Under the pieces are notes generated by a model, which was not told where the DNA came from, ran no database searches, and saw only the letters and a list, made by a program, of their open reading frames with translations. A DNA stretch of 64,000 nt from Vitrella brassicaformis CCMP3155 (taxonomy: Eukaryota; Protista; Chromerida), in NCBI GenBank assembly GCA_001179505.1, contig CDMY01000247.1, positions 85,998 to 149,997 of the forward strand, given 5' to 3'. Of this stretch, positions 47,801 through 61,113 are shown piece by piece; position 1 is the first letter of the stretch, and each line of letters opens with the position of its first letter. Both the position numbers and the translations under genes were made by a program.

Positions 47801-48176
47801 CCAGAGAGGCAGGGAAGCCCCACAACCGCACCCGAAGCGCCCACCCCCCCTGCCCCCACACAGCCCCGCATTCAGCGACAACATCCACCCCGAAGGCCCC
47901 GCCGGCAGCGGCAGTAGCAGCAACACGGCCAAGAGTCTGAGGGACATGTATCTGCAGCAGCGGGATGCGCTCAAGAAAGGCAGGGAGGGTGCGGGTGGGA
48001 GCCCCGACCTGCGGAGCAAGGTGGAAGGGCTGCGGAGCGCCAAGACACAGACGCTGGGCGGCACACCGGGGGCGGCAGCCGACGATGTGGACGCGCACCT
48101 GACCAGCTACCTGCGGGAGAATCCTGGCCATATCGGCGGGGGCAACTTTGTGCGCATAAAAGAGGTGAAGTCATGA
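44836..48176 (+). CDS. N-terminal coiled-coil protein with a long disordered C-terminus
   Basis: Exons traced from ATG 44836 (MREELARKNRSIEFLKDRV; ELQRLQEELF; EKDERIRQLKSELTSVREKLNERD) to the long terminal exon about 46707-48176. Confidence 0.75.
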
Positions 48177-48763
48177 GAAAGGGATAGCTCATGCATGGTC
48201 CATGTGATCTATCCGTGTATCATGCGTACAGGGTGTGTATGAGTACGCGTCGTCGAGCGGGCGAGTCAAGAAGAGAGCCCTGCTGTCGTTGAAGAATGGC
48301 AAGCTGATGGTCAGGTCGGGCGGCGGGTCGTTCCTCACACTCAGCCAGTGGTGCGCACGGGATGGCAATGGGGGATGAGGGGACGGGCGAGTACTCGTGT
48401 GTGTGGAGAGTGTGTGCATGATTTCGCTATTGGTGCCTGTTGCTCTTTGGTTGTTGGTGGACCGATGCGTGTCGACTGACTGGAAGACTTCGTGTGTGAA
48501 GAGAATTTGTGCAGCATTTCATGGAGGATCACGCAAGCAGCCGGAAACCCACACGAGAAGGAGGCTGTTTTTGGTCAGTCATCGGGCAAACCAATCATGT
48601 CACCAAACAGGTGACTGTGTAGCTCAGTTGTACATAATCTATCTCTTCATGAATTCTGTTCAGGTCTCTTTGTTTGGTTCAGCCAGCCAGGCATTCAATG
48701 GTCATGGTAGCTGCCATCATGGTGTCTCTCATGAGTAGTGTCTGTCTGTTCGGCTCGTCGGCT

Positions 48764-51700
48764 CTAGTTGAGCTTCGCCCTGATTTCCTTCATCAGTGTC
48801 TCCATCTCCGCCAATCGCCTCTCCAACCGCTCTTCCATTTGCACTTGCCGTTTGTCCATCTGCATCTGTCGCTCGTCCACCTGTGTCAGTCTCTCATCGC
48901 CTCTCATTTGGCGTTCGTCCCCCTGCAATTGGCGCTCCTCCATTTCCACTTGCCGTCTGTCGATAGCCATCAACCCTGACGATCAAAATAGAGTACGACA
49001 CGTTACGGCTCTGCCTGTCTGTGTGGCCCTTCTTTGTCTCTCTCACCTGCCATGACGTCGGGGAAGTTTGCGTCGTGATGGCTCGTGGTCTCAATCCACT
49101 TGTCAATCTTCTCCTTGATCCTGTCTGTCGCTTCACGCCCCTTCCGAGCTTCGTCGCCCTCAGTTTCCTCAACGTCGGCTGCTTCACCACCTCTTTCGGC
49201 GGGTTCCTGACAGTATTGAGTGCAACATGGCAAGATTTGCAGATCGGTATCGATTTGCTTCTCACGTCGAGGAGTTCTGTCCGCACGATGATGACCGGGA
49301 GTTGCAAAATCTTCATCAGGAAAAGCACTGGACCAAACGCGATTAAGCCGACGTAGAAGATCAGTATCTTGAGGACTTCTGCCAATAGTGACAACTGCGG
49401 AGGCATCTGCTGACACCAAGCACACACACGAGAAGTCTGTCTGGACCCTCATTGTGGATCACCTTTCCTGCGCAGTAAAGGCCGCAGTAAAAGCCTGTCT
49501 CTAAGCCCCGTCGAAGAGCCGGACAGAAGAAAGAAGGCGCGAAGGCCATGGTGTAGACGAGGGCGTCGATGGTGGAGTAGACGGCCTTCATCGACCAGAA
49601 GGCAATGCGGCAGAGTGCCGACTGCTGTCGACAACATTCGCTGATGAGGGAGGCGACACATCGCAAGGGGCCCGACATAACCACAGCTGCATACACAGAC
49701 TCCCACACGTGAATGGATTTGAGTATTGCCCCTCTTGGGCCACCGACCGATGAGGTTGAATGGCGGCGGGATTCTTTCACGCCAAGGCATAGTCGAATAC
49801 TCATTCAACACACGAATGCGCAGCAACCTGCACTCAGTCATTCACGAGAGAACAGAGAGCCAATCTGTGCCGCCGTGGTCGGTGTGTCTGCTGCTGTGTC
49901 ACTGGTATTGGGCAGCTTGCGTCTTCTCGATGTCCCCCCACGTGGACGCCTGACGGGAACGAACACACCCAGACGAAGACAGTAGCTCCAGTCAGCTGTT
50001 GGGGACATTCGATGTCTTGTGTGTGTGTCTCACCATAAGGCCGATAAGGAGATTGAGCTAAGTGGAGAGAAAACAAGAAGGAAGTCTTTCATTTGCCTCA
50101 AGGACTGGTGCTTGTGCCGCTGAGTCTCACGAGTATGATTGACGAGAGGATGACGTAAGTGAGCAGTAAAACGGTCCCCAGCGTGTTGTGGCTCTCGATA
50201 GCGTTGTTCAATGGGTCGCTGAATTCGCCAAGACCCGCGTAGAAACTAATGGAATGCAGCCAACAGCACCGTGCACGTCACGACTGGCGCTCTCTCTCTC
50301 CGTGCTGGTGTCACTAAATACAGTATGAGTGTGGCTTTGCCGAAGGAGCCGAAGTACTGGTGGTCTTCGTCGGACGAGAGGAGGGTGAAGACGCCCGCGA
50401 AGACCAGCAGGATGTAAACGTACAGACACAGAAACATGCTGATGTCCGAAAACATCTTCATCACCGCACTGACACCAGGCACATTGTATGACACACCTCT
50501 CTGTCTGTGTCCATGTGTGTTCTCTTTCTCACTAACAGTATGAGTGGTCCCACGGTTGGGTGCAGGCTGGCCGTTTGCAGGAGGCGCAGCGCAAAGAGGA
50601 GCACAATGACGGTCAATAAGCTCAATTCGATCTCCGCCGGGTAGTCCTTGAAGTGGGTGGCCACGAAAGCACCGATTGCCAGCGACGATGCCATATCCAC
50701 ATAGTTCCTAAGTGGTGGTGCCGACACACATGAATCAGCACAGAAATGGATGCGCCAGCACCCTTGACGCGCACCATGGGTCTGCCCAGTATGCTGCACT
50801 CAGTAGCTCGCCCTAATCACAGACAGACAAGGGTGGACGTAACCGATGAGAAGGCGTGTCTCCTGATCTGTCTTGCTTGGAGGATGGCTTGGAGGAGTAT
50901 GGCTTCCAACAGGTTGGAAAGGGCTCCCAAAATAAGAAGTCCCAGCCACAGATTCCACAACCAGCCGCCCAAGGTGTGTGGCGGTTGTTGGTTGAAAAGC
51001 CACTGCTCGATTGGTCTGCCATCGGAAATCGCAGACGGAACCCTGCAGAAACAAAGAATGCAATTCCACTCCATTGTCTTGCATTTTGACCACTTTTACA
51101 AGAGGAGAATGGATGCCACACTGACTGCCCCCTGGCGGAAGCTCTGCAAGTAGGCATACAGTAGGATGACAAAAAACCAGACATAGTCAGCATACCTGTG
51201 AGACTTCAAGTGCAATGAATCCGATGCCGGTGGCGGAAGAAAGCCAGAACCACGCACCGCTGCGCCAAGCCCAATCCCAAGGCCAAACGATGTAAGGCCC
51301 AACATACATGTGCTTCACTATTGAGCAAAGGTCGCTCCCAAGTGAGGTCTCAGCCATGCTCCAGCAGGGACTGATCCCTTTGATTCTTTCGGCATGAAGA
51401 AGCACCGAGAGTACGCTGTAGCACAGGTAAAGACAAGTCTGATGTCACTCATATGCCCTGCTGTCTTACAGCAACGTCATTGCGAGCACGCGGCTCACGA
51501 AGACAGTCCGAGGCGATACGGCTGCCTTCACGTCATCTCGGAGATAGCGCTGATAATCTGGATATGGCTTCTGCCAGTGATACGTAGTGAGATAGATGCA
51601 ATTGGCTGTCACAGATAGGCAAAAGAAAGAGCAATTCCAAGGCATGAGCATTCAGAAAGAGATGCCTGTGTGCTGCTTACCTTGAATCACCACTGTTTTG

Positions 51701-53828
51701 GGCTCTGCGGAATCGAGCAGCTCAAACCACTCTTCCTCTTTCCCTTGCAGTGACTGGCGGAAGTCTGCTTCGATTGTATCGGTACAGAAGCTGGTCGTGA
51801 GGCCCTAATGAAGCAGATATTTTGTGCAGATGAGATAGAGCCATGCCGTGCGCATTCCCCGTCGATTACTTCGAGCCAGTCAGCTGTTTTCACGATTTCA
51901 CTGCACATCACCAGCCATCCAACACATACAGATACTCTGTGGTACAGTTGAGCTGTGTCCAATCTTCGTACTCTGTGAGAGAGTCTTTGACTCGTGACTT
52001 CATCAATTCGCGTAAGGCAGAGCAATAGTGAAGAGTGTCGAGGCCCGGCGATTCGGAGTCCTGCCTCAGATGCTGTGGGACGATCTCTTTGATGAAAGGC
52101 AGCAGTACAAGAAGGTTTCCCGGCTGCAACATGAGCTCAAGGCCCGGGTCACGAAAGCGTATGGACAGAAAACTTGTTCCTGGCAGCCTGAGTCGTCCAC
52201 TTGTTCCCAGCAGCTGCATGACTTGTTTTCCCGCCGATCCTCGCGCCTTTGTAATCATTGCGGTGACGGTTGGAGCGGTCTGTCCCGCCAGGGCAATATT
52301 GAAAGGCGTCTTTCCACCCTGCCACCAAAGCGCATGACCAATTCAACGGCTGACAGAGGTAATTTCGATTACATTATTCTTCACGTCCAGAAGACCAGGG
52401 TCCACGACTAGGATGGCTTTCGTCACATCCGCTCGTCCTCGATCTGACGCACACCAAATTCCTGCGCATTCACTTTCGCGATTCGGTTTGTCTTACATGC
52501 TGCGTCATGCAACACTGTATCACCATCCTGAAAGAACTTGCGTCAATCGTTACATTCTCTGCGTACTGTCTCTGAGTTGCATTTTCTCACCTTATCCTTG
52601 GCTTCCAGCAGTTCCTTGCCGCCCAACTCGATGAACTTCTCCACGACATCAGACCTGCCCTCTACTGCAGGAGAGCGCAAAAGACAAGTTGAAGGCTCAT
52701 GCACTCATGTGGTTGTCATTTGCTGGACATGCTGCCTTGTGAAGAGGCGTCTCGCCACGCTGAATCACAGCAGTGAACAAGACACACATTTTGTCCAATG
52801 CACCAGTTGACACGCCCTTGTCCTTTACGTTGTTCCGAACTTCCAGCAGCTCCTTCCCGCCCAACTCGACAAACTTCTCCGCAACACCAACTGACCCGGC
52901 CTCTGCTGCCCAATGAAGAGGCTTCCAGCAGCTCCTTCCCGCCCAACTCGACAAACTTCTCCGCAACACCAACTGACCCGGCCTCTGCTGCCCAATGAAG
53001 AGGCGTGCTGCCCCACTGAATCACAGCATGAACAAGACACATGCTGTTTCAATGCACCAGTCGACAGACCCTCCTCCTTACATTGGTCCGGGCCTCCAGC
53101 AGTTCCTTGCCGCCCCACTCGATGAACTTCTCCACAACATCAACTGACCCGGCCGCTGCTGCCAAATGAAGAGGTGTCCTATCAAGCTACAGACACAGCA
53201 TGGATATAATAGTGAAGACATCGGTCGGCTGCTGGGCAGAATGATAATCATTGTCATTCTCGAGCACGATACCTTATCATCTTCCAGGTTGAGCAGGTGT
53301 CGTCGAGTGTGCAGCAGCACCTCAAACACAGCCACATCCTCACACTCCCCTGCGACACATGGGCCACGTAGCTGCATCACGTGTGAGCAGTGATGCGACA
53401 TTGCATACGTGCGGCGTAATGGATGGCAGAGCTTGATTGTTCCCATTCATCCGAGCCCCATTTCCACTCTCCAGTTGTCAGCGCCTTCTCCACTTGCTCA
53501 GGCGACAGATCGTCAAGGGCCTTCCGCAGGCCCTCCGCATCTGATTCCTTGATGGCCTTCTTAATGGTGTCTTTCAGGGCTTCCGTCGGTTCCCAATCGT
53601 CTGCGGCTGGGGCGCCCACCAAGGGCACCTGCCGATGACACACAGACGTCCAAGAGACCTCTCAGAGTGTCTACTCGTGCCGCTGCCCGCATCACAGCCA
53701 CAGACCTGCTCGATGCGTCTCGGTGCCTTGGTGATGCCATCGGTGACGTCTGGCAGCTGGGGCTCCACCAGCCCCTGCTCATCGTCCTGCAGCAGAGGGA
53801 CCTGGTCACTCGAGGCCGACGCTGACAT
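48764..53828 (-). CDS. Ankyrin-repeat TRP-like cation channel (copy 2), frameshifted by a tandem duplication unless the exon is skipped
   Basis: About six ankyrin-like repeats (LDRTPLHLA, WGSTPLHWA, RGETPLHKA, DGDTVLHDA, GGKTPFNIA); TM core YWADPWNYVD, LLFALRLLQTASLHPTVGPLIL, FYAGLGEF, LNLLIGLMASTW, LLRIRVLNEY..PPPFNL; coiled-coil tail to 48764. The only lesion found is the 82-bp duplication at 52840-53003. Confidence 0.85.
52840..53003. repeat. Perfect 82-bp tandem duplication inside an ankyrin exon
   Basis: 52840-52921 equals 52922-53003 (cttccagcagctcc...ccaatgaagagg). Confidence 0.95.
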
Positions 53829-54347
53829 CTGCAATGCATTGAGGGAGGGAGGGACACAGACATCAGAGGCCGATGGCCACACACGCAGAGGTGCACTAAG
53901 AGCATTGCAAGGTGACCTTGGGATGGCCCGTCTGTGTGTGGTAGATGGCCTGCTGGGCGGCGGCGTCGCCCTCGTCGACTCTCGGCAGCTGGATGTAACA
54001 CGCCTCCTCAACACGCACGCTCGAAAGGCTCTTCTTTCCTCTCCCACCCTCCTCGCCCTGCAAACGGGGGGTGCGCTGAGTCACTGGACGATGCAAGAAT
54101 CCAAACATGATGCTGCCACTGACTCTCGCCGCATGCACTGGGGGGCACCCCCAGTCTCTGCCGAGAGGCACCTTGAAATATTTCAAGCTACTTGAAATAA
54201 CAATTTTGGACGATGAACCGCCACAGTCAGCAGCTTCAGTCCAGTCCCCACCTGCCTCCGAGTCGCCCCCCTCCCGACCCGGCCCAGTTCGCCTCACACA
54301 TCCCGCCGCCCTACAGACACAGCCTTCACTTTTCGCCATCCACACAC

Positions 54348-55767
54348 ATGCTGCTCGACAGGCGCGGCTCATTGGGACCGTATCGATTAGCATACCCCTA
54401 TCCCCCGCCCTCTCCGCCGCCGCACAAGTCGCAGCAGTGGCATCAGTGGCTGAGAAGTCGCATCGCCTATGAGCAGCAGCAGCGGACTTTCTCACCTATC
54501 GGCTCGCCAGTGGGAAGCAGACGAGGCAGCTACGGCAATACCCTGCATGTTCCTCTAGGGCCGCAACAGATGCCTCTCTTTGTGTCCGGCGGTCACAGCT
54601 CGGCGACTCAAAAGTATTACCGGGAGGGCCGTCGTGCATCTGAGCCGCACGACATCTTCAGGCTGCCTGTGTCTCCTTCGCTGGACATGAGCCAGCCTGA
54701 CATGCCGAGATGCGACTATGGCATCAGGACAATGGGTGAGGATTCTTTGCCGGGCAGTTCGAGGGAGGACAGGGGGAGGGCTGGGAGGGCGTCTGAAGAG
54801 ATGATGCAGCTGCTGAGGGAGTTTGAGTCAGTGCAGGAGGCACTCAGGCAGAAGACCACAGAGGTGACATATAGAGACAATAGGCTTTCCCATTTCTCAT
54901 ACAAACATGCTGTCCTTCTGCTGCATGTGTCAGGTCCGTCGCGCCTTCGAGTCTCCGTTACCGCTTTCATTCGACACTCTTCGGCCGACCTATGGCAGCC
55001 TGTCCCTCTACTTGACGAAGCTCACGTCCGTCCTGCACACGATCATTGCCAAGAACAACGCAGCGGTCCTCTCCTATCCCAGGCCAGGATGGAGCATCTC
55101 GCAGCCACAGCAACCACCACCGCAGCAGCCGGCCGCAGTTGTTGTGAGCCCTCCCCGTGTAGCGGCGCCTGAGACACGGCCACGGCCCCCCATTGTCAGG
55201 GATGCGGCTGGGCAGCTTGTGGTAGCGGACTCACAGGTGCGTAAAATGTCAATGAGGAGACACAGACATCGTATGGCCAGCGGTTGACCCTGTGTTCTGT
55301 AGGGTCAGCGGTTGACCCTGTTTGCGAAGGTGGTGCTCTTGTGTGGGTCGGAAGGCTCCCAAGGCCATAAGAAAGTAGGATGAGAGTCAGACATTTGCAC
55401 GACTGTGTTCTGTTCCATGTGCGCTTCAGGTCCGTGGCAATGTGGTGGGCTTTGTGGATTGTCCTGCGACACTATACGAAGACAGGAAGGAGCCCATGCT
55501 GGATCTGAAGCATCATGACGAAGTGCGATCGCAAATATGCAATACATAGAGGAAAGATACGACTCCGCTTTGCCTCTTCGCCCATTGCTTCCTCAGGTCC
55601 ATGTACTGGTGACGTTTGTGCACAAGGACGCGCTCGATTCGCCGGTTCGCTTCCCCACGGATGACGCCAGGAAATTCAAGGACTGCCTGAAGCCAGAGAC
55701 GAACGTCATCAAATGGCTGGCGTCCGAGACGCGACTTGGCACCGCATTCGTAGAGACGGCCAACTGA
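54348..55767 (+). CDS. Hypothetical protein with a disordered N-terminus and a folded-looking C-terminus
   Basis: Long first exon, then in-frame exons VRRAFESPLPLSF..., GQRLTLFAKVVLL, VRGNVVGFVD, VHVLVTFVHKD...ETAN*. Confidence 0.65.
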
Positions 55768-56056
55768 ACAACTCAGTTCATGTCGGGGCCTGTACGCGTG
55801 TGCAAGCGTGTATGGACGCGTGTGTGGTTTGGGACGTGATGGGGACCACTGGGGGCTGTAATCGCACGATTGATGGCTGATTCAGTTCACACGGACAAAA
55901 ATACGCAGTTCAGGTGGCGACGCAGGCGCTAGTCTTCCCATCCCCGCCCTCCCCAGAACAGCTCATGGACGAACGGCACAGGCCTCAAAGAAGAAAAGCA
56001 CAGCACTCATCCTCTCACCAATCCGCCAAACCACTACAAGCGTACGAAAATCAGGG

Positions 56057-58134
56057 TTAGCCAACCTTCTCCTTCTTCAACTCCTTCCTGCCATCGTTCC
56101 CTCTGATCTCGGGGGGCGGCGGCAGTGTCAGCGACGCCTCCATCTCAGACCTGCCCCTCAGCATGTGGCTGGGCGACCCGACAAACACATCATCACTCGA
56201 CATACCCCCGACAGCCGGCGGGACGAACCGCACAGGGCTGTCGGCGGCCAGTGGGCTCTCGTCGGTTACTCCGCCGGGCCGAAGGGACGGGCGGATGAGC
56301 GGGTGCAGCATCGACATAGGGTTGCCTGCGGGGCTGGCGGCTATTTGTGCACTGAAGGGTGTGACGGCATATGGAGGTCGGAAGAAGCTCGACGGCGTGA
56401 TTGGGTTGTCGAATGGGAGGGGCAGGGGCGGGGGGAGGGACGGGTGCACGTGATCGTGAGAGGTATCGTGGCGGGGAGCTTTCAGCGGAGGCGGCATGAC
56501 AAAGTCGGCGGGATGAGTGGCTGCAACGCTGGAGTCCGACTTCCGCTTCTCGAGAATCGATGTGAGGCTAAGAGAGAGGGAAGGAGACAGGACTTGTCTG
56601 TACTTCTATCTCAGTGGGCCCACCAGTGGTGCTGATGCTTGATCTCCTCTCTCAGCTTCCAAACCGTCTCGACACACTGCTCCATGGCACGATACTTCTC
56701 GTTGAGGCCGTCAATCAGACGCCTCACGTCACTGCCAGCAACGTCACCCTCATTCTCATGCCCCTCATCTTCTTCGCTGTCCTCCTGCTCTTCCTGTGCG
56801 TGGTGCTCATGGTGGTGGTCATGGTGCTGGTGGTGCTGGTTGGGGACATGTTGCTGTTGCGGGTGTTGGGCCATCGCTGTGTGATGATGCTGCGCATGTG
56901 TGAGGGGCGGCAGGGGGTGTGGGTCAGGGGACGGGGGGTGGGACCAGCTGATGGCACTCGGAGGCGATTGCACGGCAGCATAGCCCGGGGAGGCAGTAAT
57001 CATGGTCTTGCCCGGTGAGCGCATCAGTCGCAAATCCTCTCGTTGCTGTTCGCTCGTGCGAAGCGGGCCAATCTGCAGTGACGCCGAGAGAGGCACCACT
57101 TTCCGAACCCGTCAGCTGATGTCTCGCTTGCTTTTCATACTTACGCTTTCTAGGTCGGGCGGGAAGAATGCGCGATCGCCGAGGGGCGGTGCCAGTGAGC
57201 AGGGAATGTACGCAATCACTTTCGTGTCCGCCAGGTCGATCTGCTTGTTGTAATCTACATGAAATCAAGGTGAGACAGGAGGACATTTCGCCATCGTGTG
57301 TCATTGTTTGACCCGCGTAGTTACGTACCAGGGTGTCCGACAGGGAGGCAAAGGAGCCCGACATAGGGCTGCTGGCTCACGTCCTTGTCAACCTGCTGGA
57401 ACAAACCTGATGAGACACAAGACAGACAGAAACACGTGTCCGCCGCCATGGGTCTGTCTTCTTGGAATCTCTCAGCGTATCAAGATTGATTGCAATATCA
57501 GTACTTACCGATTCCCTCGAGTATCATGGGTGCAGCACCCGGGTTCGACAGCCGTGAAGGACTGTGCCGCAATGCCAAATGCTCCCGAAAGAACTTGGTC
57601 GAATCTGCAGGACACACACGCGCCAATCAGCTAAGTGTCTACTCCTCGTCCATGGTCTGTTCTCACCGTATGTTTGGCCGCATGGACACGCCACGCGGGT
57701 CACCTTTACTCCATCCGTGGCCAAAACGTTGGCATATATCCTTCTCTGAGAGCAAGCGTGCCATCCTTGGGAGAGGCACTGAGCGCATTGGCCGCACGAC
57801 CAAACAATGTAGGGGTAGCGGTCCCGGAGGCGAGGGACGCACCGAGACGCCTGGCTGTTACCCTTCGATGAGCGAAACATCCTGCACACATGCTCAAAGA
57901 GTGCCTTTTGTGTCTCCCCCTATCATCACTGCATCGAGCTGACCACATCTTGCTGTCCGTGTTAAAGTAGTCGCCATTGTTGCAGTTTTCTTGCCAGTAG
58001 TACGACTCAGGCCCCCCTTCAGCCAGCTTCTTGCGGCCCGTGAGGTCATTTCGAGCCCTCAGCCACCACTCGGCCCCTGAATGAGAAATCAGAATTCGGT
58101 ACCCCCATTCTGCGGGAGCATGCGACGCCATCAT
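56057..58134 (-). CDS. Hypothetical multi-exon protein with a His/Gln-rich tract and a short coiled coil
   Basis: Spliced segments YMPTFWPRMD|STKFFREHL, DYNKQIDLADTKVIAYIP, QHHQHHDHHHEHH, LIDGLNEKYRAMEQCVETVWKL. It is not proven that all exons belong to one gene. Confidence 0.5.
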
Positions 58135-58276
58135 GGACGGAGCAGCCATCGGATTATGCCCTTCTGCTTTCCCGCAATTTCGTTGTTTTTCTTTTTTTCC
58201 CGAAGCTTTGTGTTTGACGGGCAAGCCGCGTTTGACGGGGAATCCGGCGGGGAGCGATGCATCAGCAGCCAGAATA

Positions 58277-58764
58277 ATGTGGCCCTTCATCTTGCTGGGT
58301 GTGGGTGGCGGTGCCCTGCTTGCTCGGCAGGGCCTGCGAGCCCTCCGCGCAGCAAACATCAACTTCAAGCCTCCGAACATGAGCATGAAGGGCTTCGGAC
58401 TCGACGGCATGACCGGGAAGATGCAGGGATTCGAGAGCCCTATGTCCTCCTCAGAGGCCTACAAAATACTCAACCTGCCGTAAGCAACAGCACTGTCTGC
58501 ACAGATCAGCGATGAAAGACAGATCACGAGGAGTATGTGTGTTTGTTGATGCTTTCAGTCCCATGGCCACCACAGAGAAGATCCGCGAAGCACATCGGCA
58601 GCTCATGCTCAGGAACCATCCTGACAATGGCGGTACGGGCCACGAACACAAAGATCACACGGCCTTCAGTGATGTGTGCTGCTGCTGCGCTATCAGGTTC
58701 TAATTTCGTGGCTTCAAAGGTGAATGAGGCGAAGGACGTCCTTATCGGCAACAAGTCGGCATGA
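58277..58764 (+). CDS. PAM18: Mitochondrial import motor J-protein Pam18/Tim14
   Basis: Three exons (58277-58479, 58559-58632, 58697-58764): TM segment, then [51 protein letters not shown], with the J-domain HPD intact. Confidence 0.95.
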
Positions 58765-59259
58765 TGATGCAATTGCCACTTGCTCTCTCGAGGCGTTCGT
58801 CCTTCAGTGGCTTGCCTGGGACGGTGTTCGCGATGATTGGCTTGAATCAACACGAACGAGGCCCAAGCACGCCGGAGGAAGAGAACAACAAAGAGGAATG
58901 GCAACCACATTATGTGTGGATGATGCAACGACTGGGCGACCGCGGGTTTGTGGAAGTGTGTGGCACTTGCTTGTACAGAAGGGGGGCTGGTTTGGCGAGT
59001 GATGACTTGACGTACTACGCTGTCAGTGATTATCCATCCGTGCATGTGTGTACATGATGGTCTGTGGTGTCGTTTTACAGCTTCTGTGTGTCCAATGGCA
59101 ATGGACGCTCTCTATGTGCATCCGTCCGTCAATGAACAGAACAGATCCCAACAAAGACACGTCGAAAGCCGCCCGCACGCAACGGAGATGATATGGATAA
59201 ACGCACACACACATGAAGGTAGAGATAATCTACAGCCAGGTCCCTACTCGAGTCAGGAG

Positions 59260-60921
59260 TCAACAGCCGGCAATCCTGCCGGTGCAGCCGGTAGACACAG
59301 CACTACTATCGTGACTCTCGGTCCCTGCGTCCTTGGTCTCGCTCGTGGCGGCATATTCGATGATCTGTTTGCACAGATCCATCGAACCGTCGCGAAGGAT
59401 GACCACGTCAAACGCATCGAGATAACTCTCTGCACACACAATGAGAGCGTGAACAGCTATGTCATGAGTTGCTGAGTCGGTGGCGATAGCCCTCCCAGCC
59501 TACCAAGCAGCTCGTCTTCTTTCTCTTGGTAGTTCAGGTACCCAATCGCGATCGAGTTCTTGCACGATGGAACGGCCTCAAGAAACTGAATGTGTGGCAC
59601 ACAGAGAGGACACATGTGCCATTGGTCTGAGGGTGGTGGTGTATGGCACATGTGCCTTACCGACACATCAGTGATGAGGTCCCCCATGGCAAGCACGTTG
59701 TGCCGCGCATGGCGCTGCGGATTCCGTTCCAAATACTGCCTGTGAGAGAAGGACGAAAGGCGTCAAGAGAGAGACGTGCACGACGACAAATTCAAGGGTT
59801 GCATCAGCCTTCCCTCCGTCACCTGAGGTATTTCTTCTTGGACAGCGTGTGAATGAAGTCGCTCGAGAAGTCGACCAACCGGCCCTCTTCGTTGAAGAGC
59901 ATCTTGTTGGACACGACGTGCACCTCCTCTGCGTCAAGGTCCATGTTGTCCTCGCCAATCGTGTCATGATGCGCCGTAGGAACCAAGCCAGCGATGCTCT
60001 CGCGGCGCAAGAGCTCCTCGATGATGTCTGGAACAGAAGAGAGGACGGGACGATGTCTACGCTGCAGTGCTCCTGCAGGAGTGCGTTATCTGTTGCTCGC
60101 TCACTTTGAATGCCTGCCGAGAGCACAGTGACTGGTATGCGAAGGTTGGTGCACACCTGCATACACATGAAGGCAAACAGGCGTGCCATGAAGCCTCTCC
60201 CTTTTCCTCTCGTTGTGTTTTTGTCTGGCGGGCGTACCTCGAGGAATGCGTGTGATCCTTCCCGCAGACTGAATCTCTTGTTCCTGACAGCCTCATCCAC
60301 GATGTGCTCCACTGTGTCCCGGTGGATGTCCTGCGCAACCATCAAGTTGTGGCTCGTCGTCCACCTGACACACACAATGACACACACAAAACCAGACACG
60401 CAACGAGAATGAAAATGGATTGGCTTTCCGTCCCCTGTCAGCCTGTGGCACCATTCGTTCATGTATTTTAGTTTTGTGTCGAAGGGGAGGTTGGGGTCCA
60501 TCTCCAGAGGCTGATACTTTGCCAGCGTCGCATTGGCTTTCTGGATGGAGCACACACCGACAAACCAACCAGACAAGTGAACGACTGTGCCCATTCGTCC
60601 GTTAACTGCATGTGTGAGCTCACGTCTTTGTACTCTTGTGGGAAGCCCGAGAAATTCTCCACAACACTGTGACACGAGCTGGCCCTCTGGCCGTCAATGA
60701 AGACCTGTGTGAGGGTGGCGTCAAAGTCTGCACACAGGAAGCGAGAAACTGCATTTCGCGGCGGGCTTCTCGTCGTTTTTCTCACCAGTGATGACTTGCA
60801 AGGCGTCTGTGCCATCTCGCCTGAACCGCTTGAGCTTCTCCAACAGCTGCTCTGCGTTCTTCACACGAATGTTCGGCGTAAGTCGGAGAGGCAGCGCGCC
60901 GTTGGTCAGTGTCCCTGCCAT
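59260..60921 (-). CDS. NT5C3: Cytosolic pyrimidine 5'-nucleotidase III (HAD family)
   Basis: LQVIT|DFDATLT (HAD motif I), SSCH, KYQPLEMDP, YMNEW|WTTSHNL, LREG..FL, PVTVLSAGI, HVVSNKM.F....LVDF...IHT..K, NVLAMGDLITD, IGYLN, YLDAFDVVILRDGSMD. Confidence 0.92.
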
Positions 60922-61113
60922 CGCGACAGGCATTCGAACAAGAACAGGGAGGTGAATGTTCCCGGGAGGGTAACGGGAGGGAAGGGAGAACCCTGTGAAA
61001 CGCTTCTAGACTTCGCTAAGCTCGCAGCCGATCTTTCTCAACGACGCAAGGCAAATGTACCGAATGTCGCTGAGTGGGCGTCGAGAGCATGCACGCCATG
61101 ATCGGAAAGAATT

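Noticed and set aside
55278-55322. Direct repeat cagcggttgaccctgt on both sides of a 3' splice site
   Set aside because: It is a short local duplication; the upstream copy lacks a preceding AG in a usable frame and has no evident consequence.
57706-58410. 234-aa minus-strand ORF overlapping PAM18 antisense
   Set aside because: Its upstream part is the antisense shadow of PAM18 exon 1 and the promoter; only the part below about 58134 has splice support.
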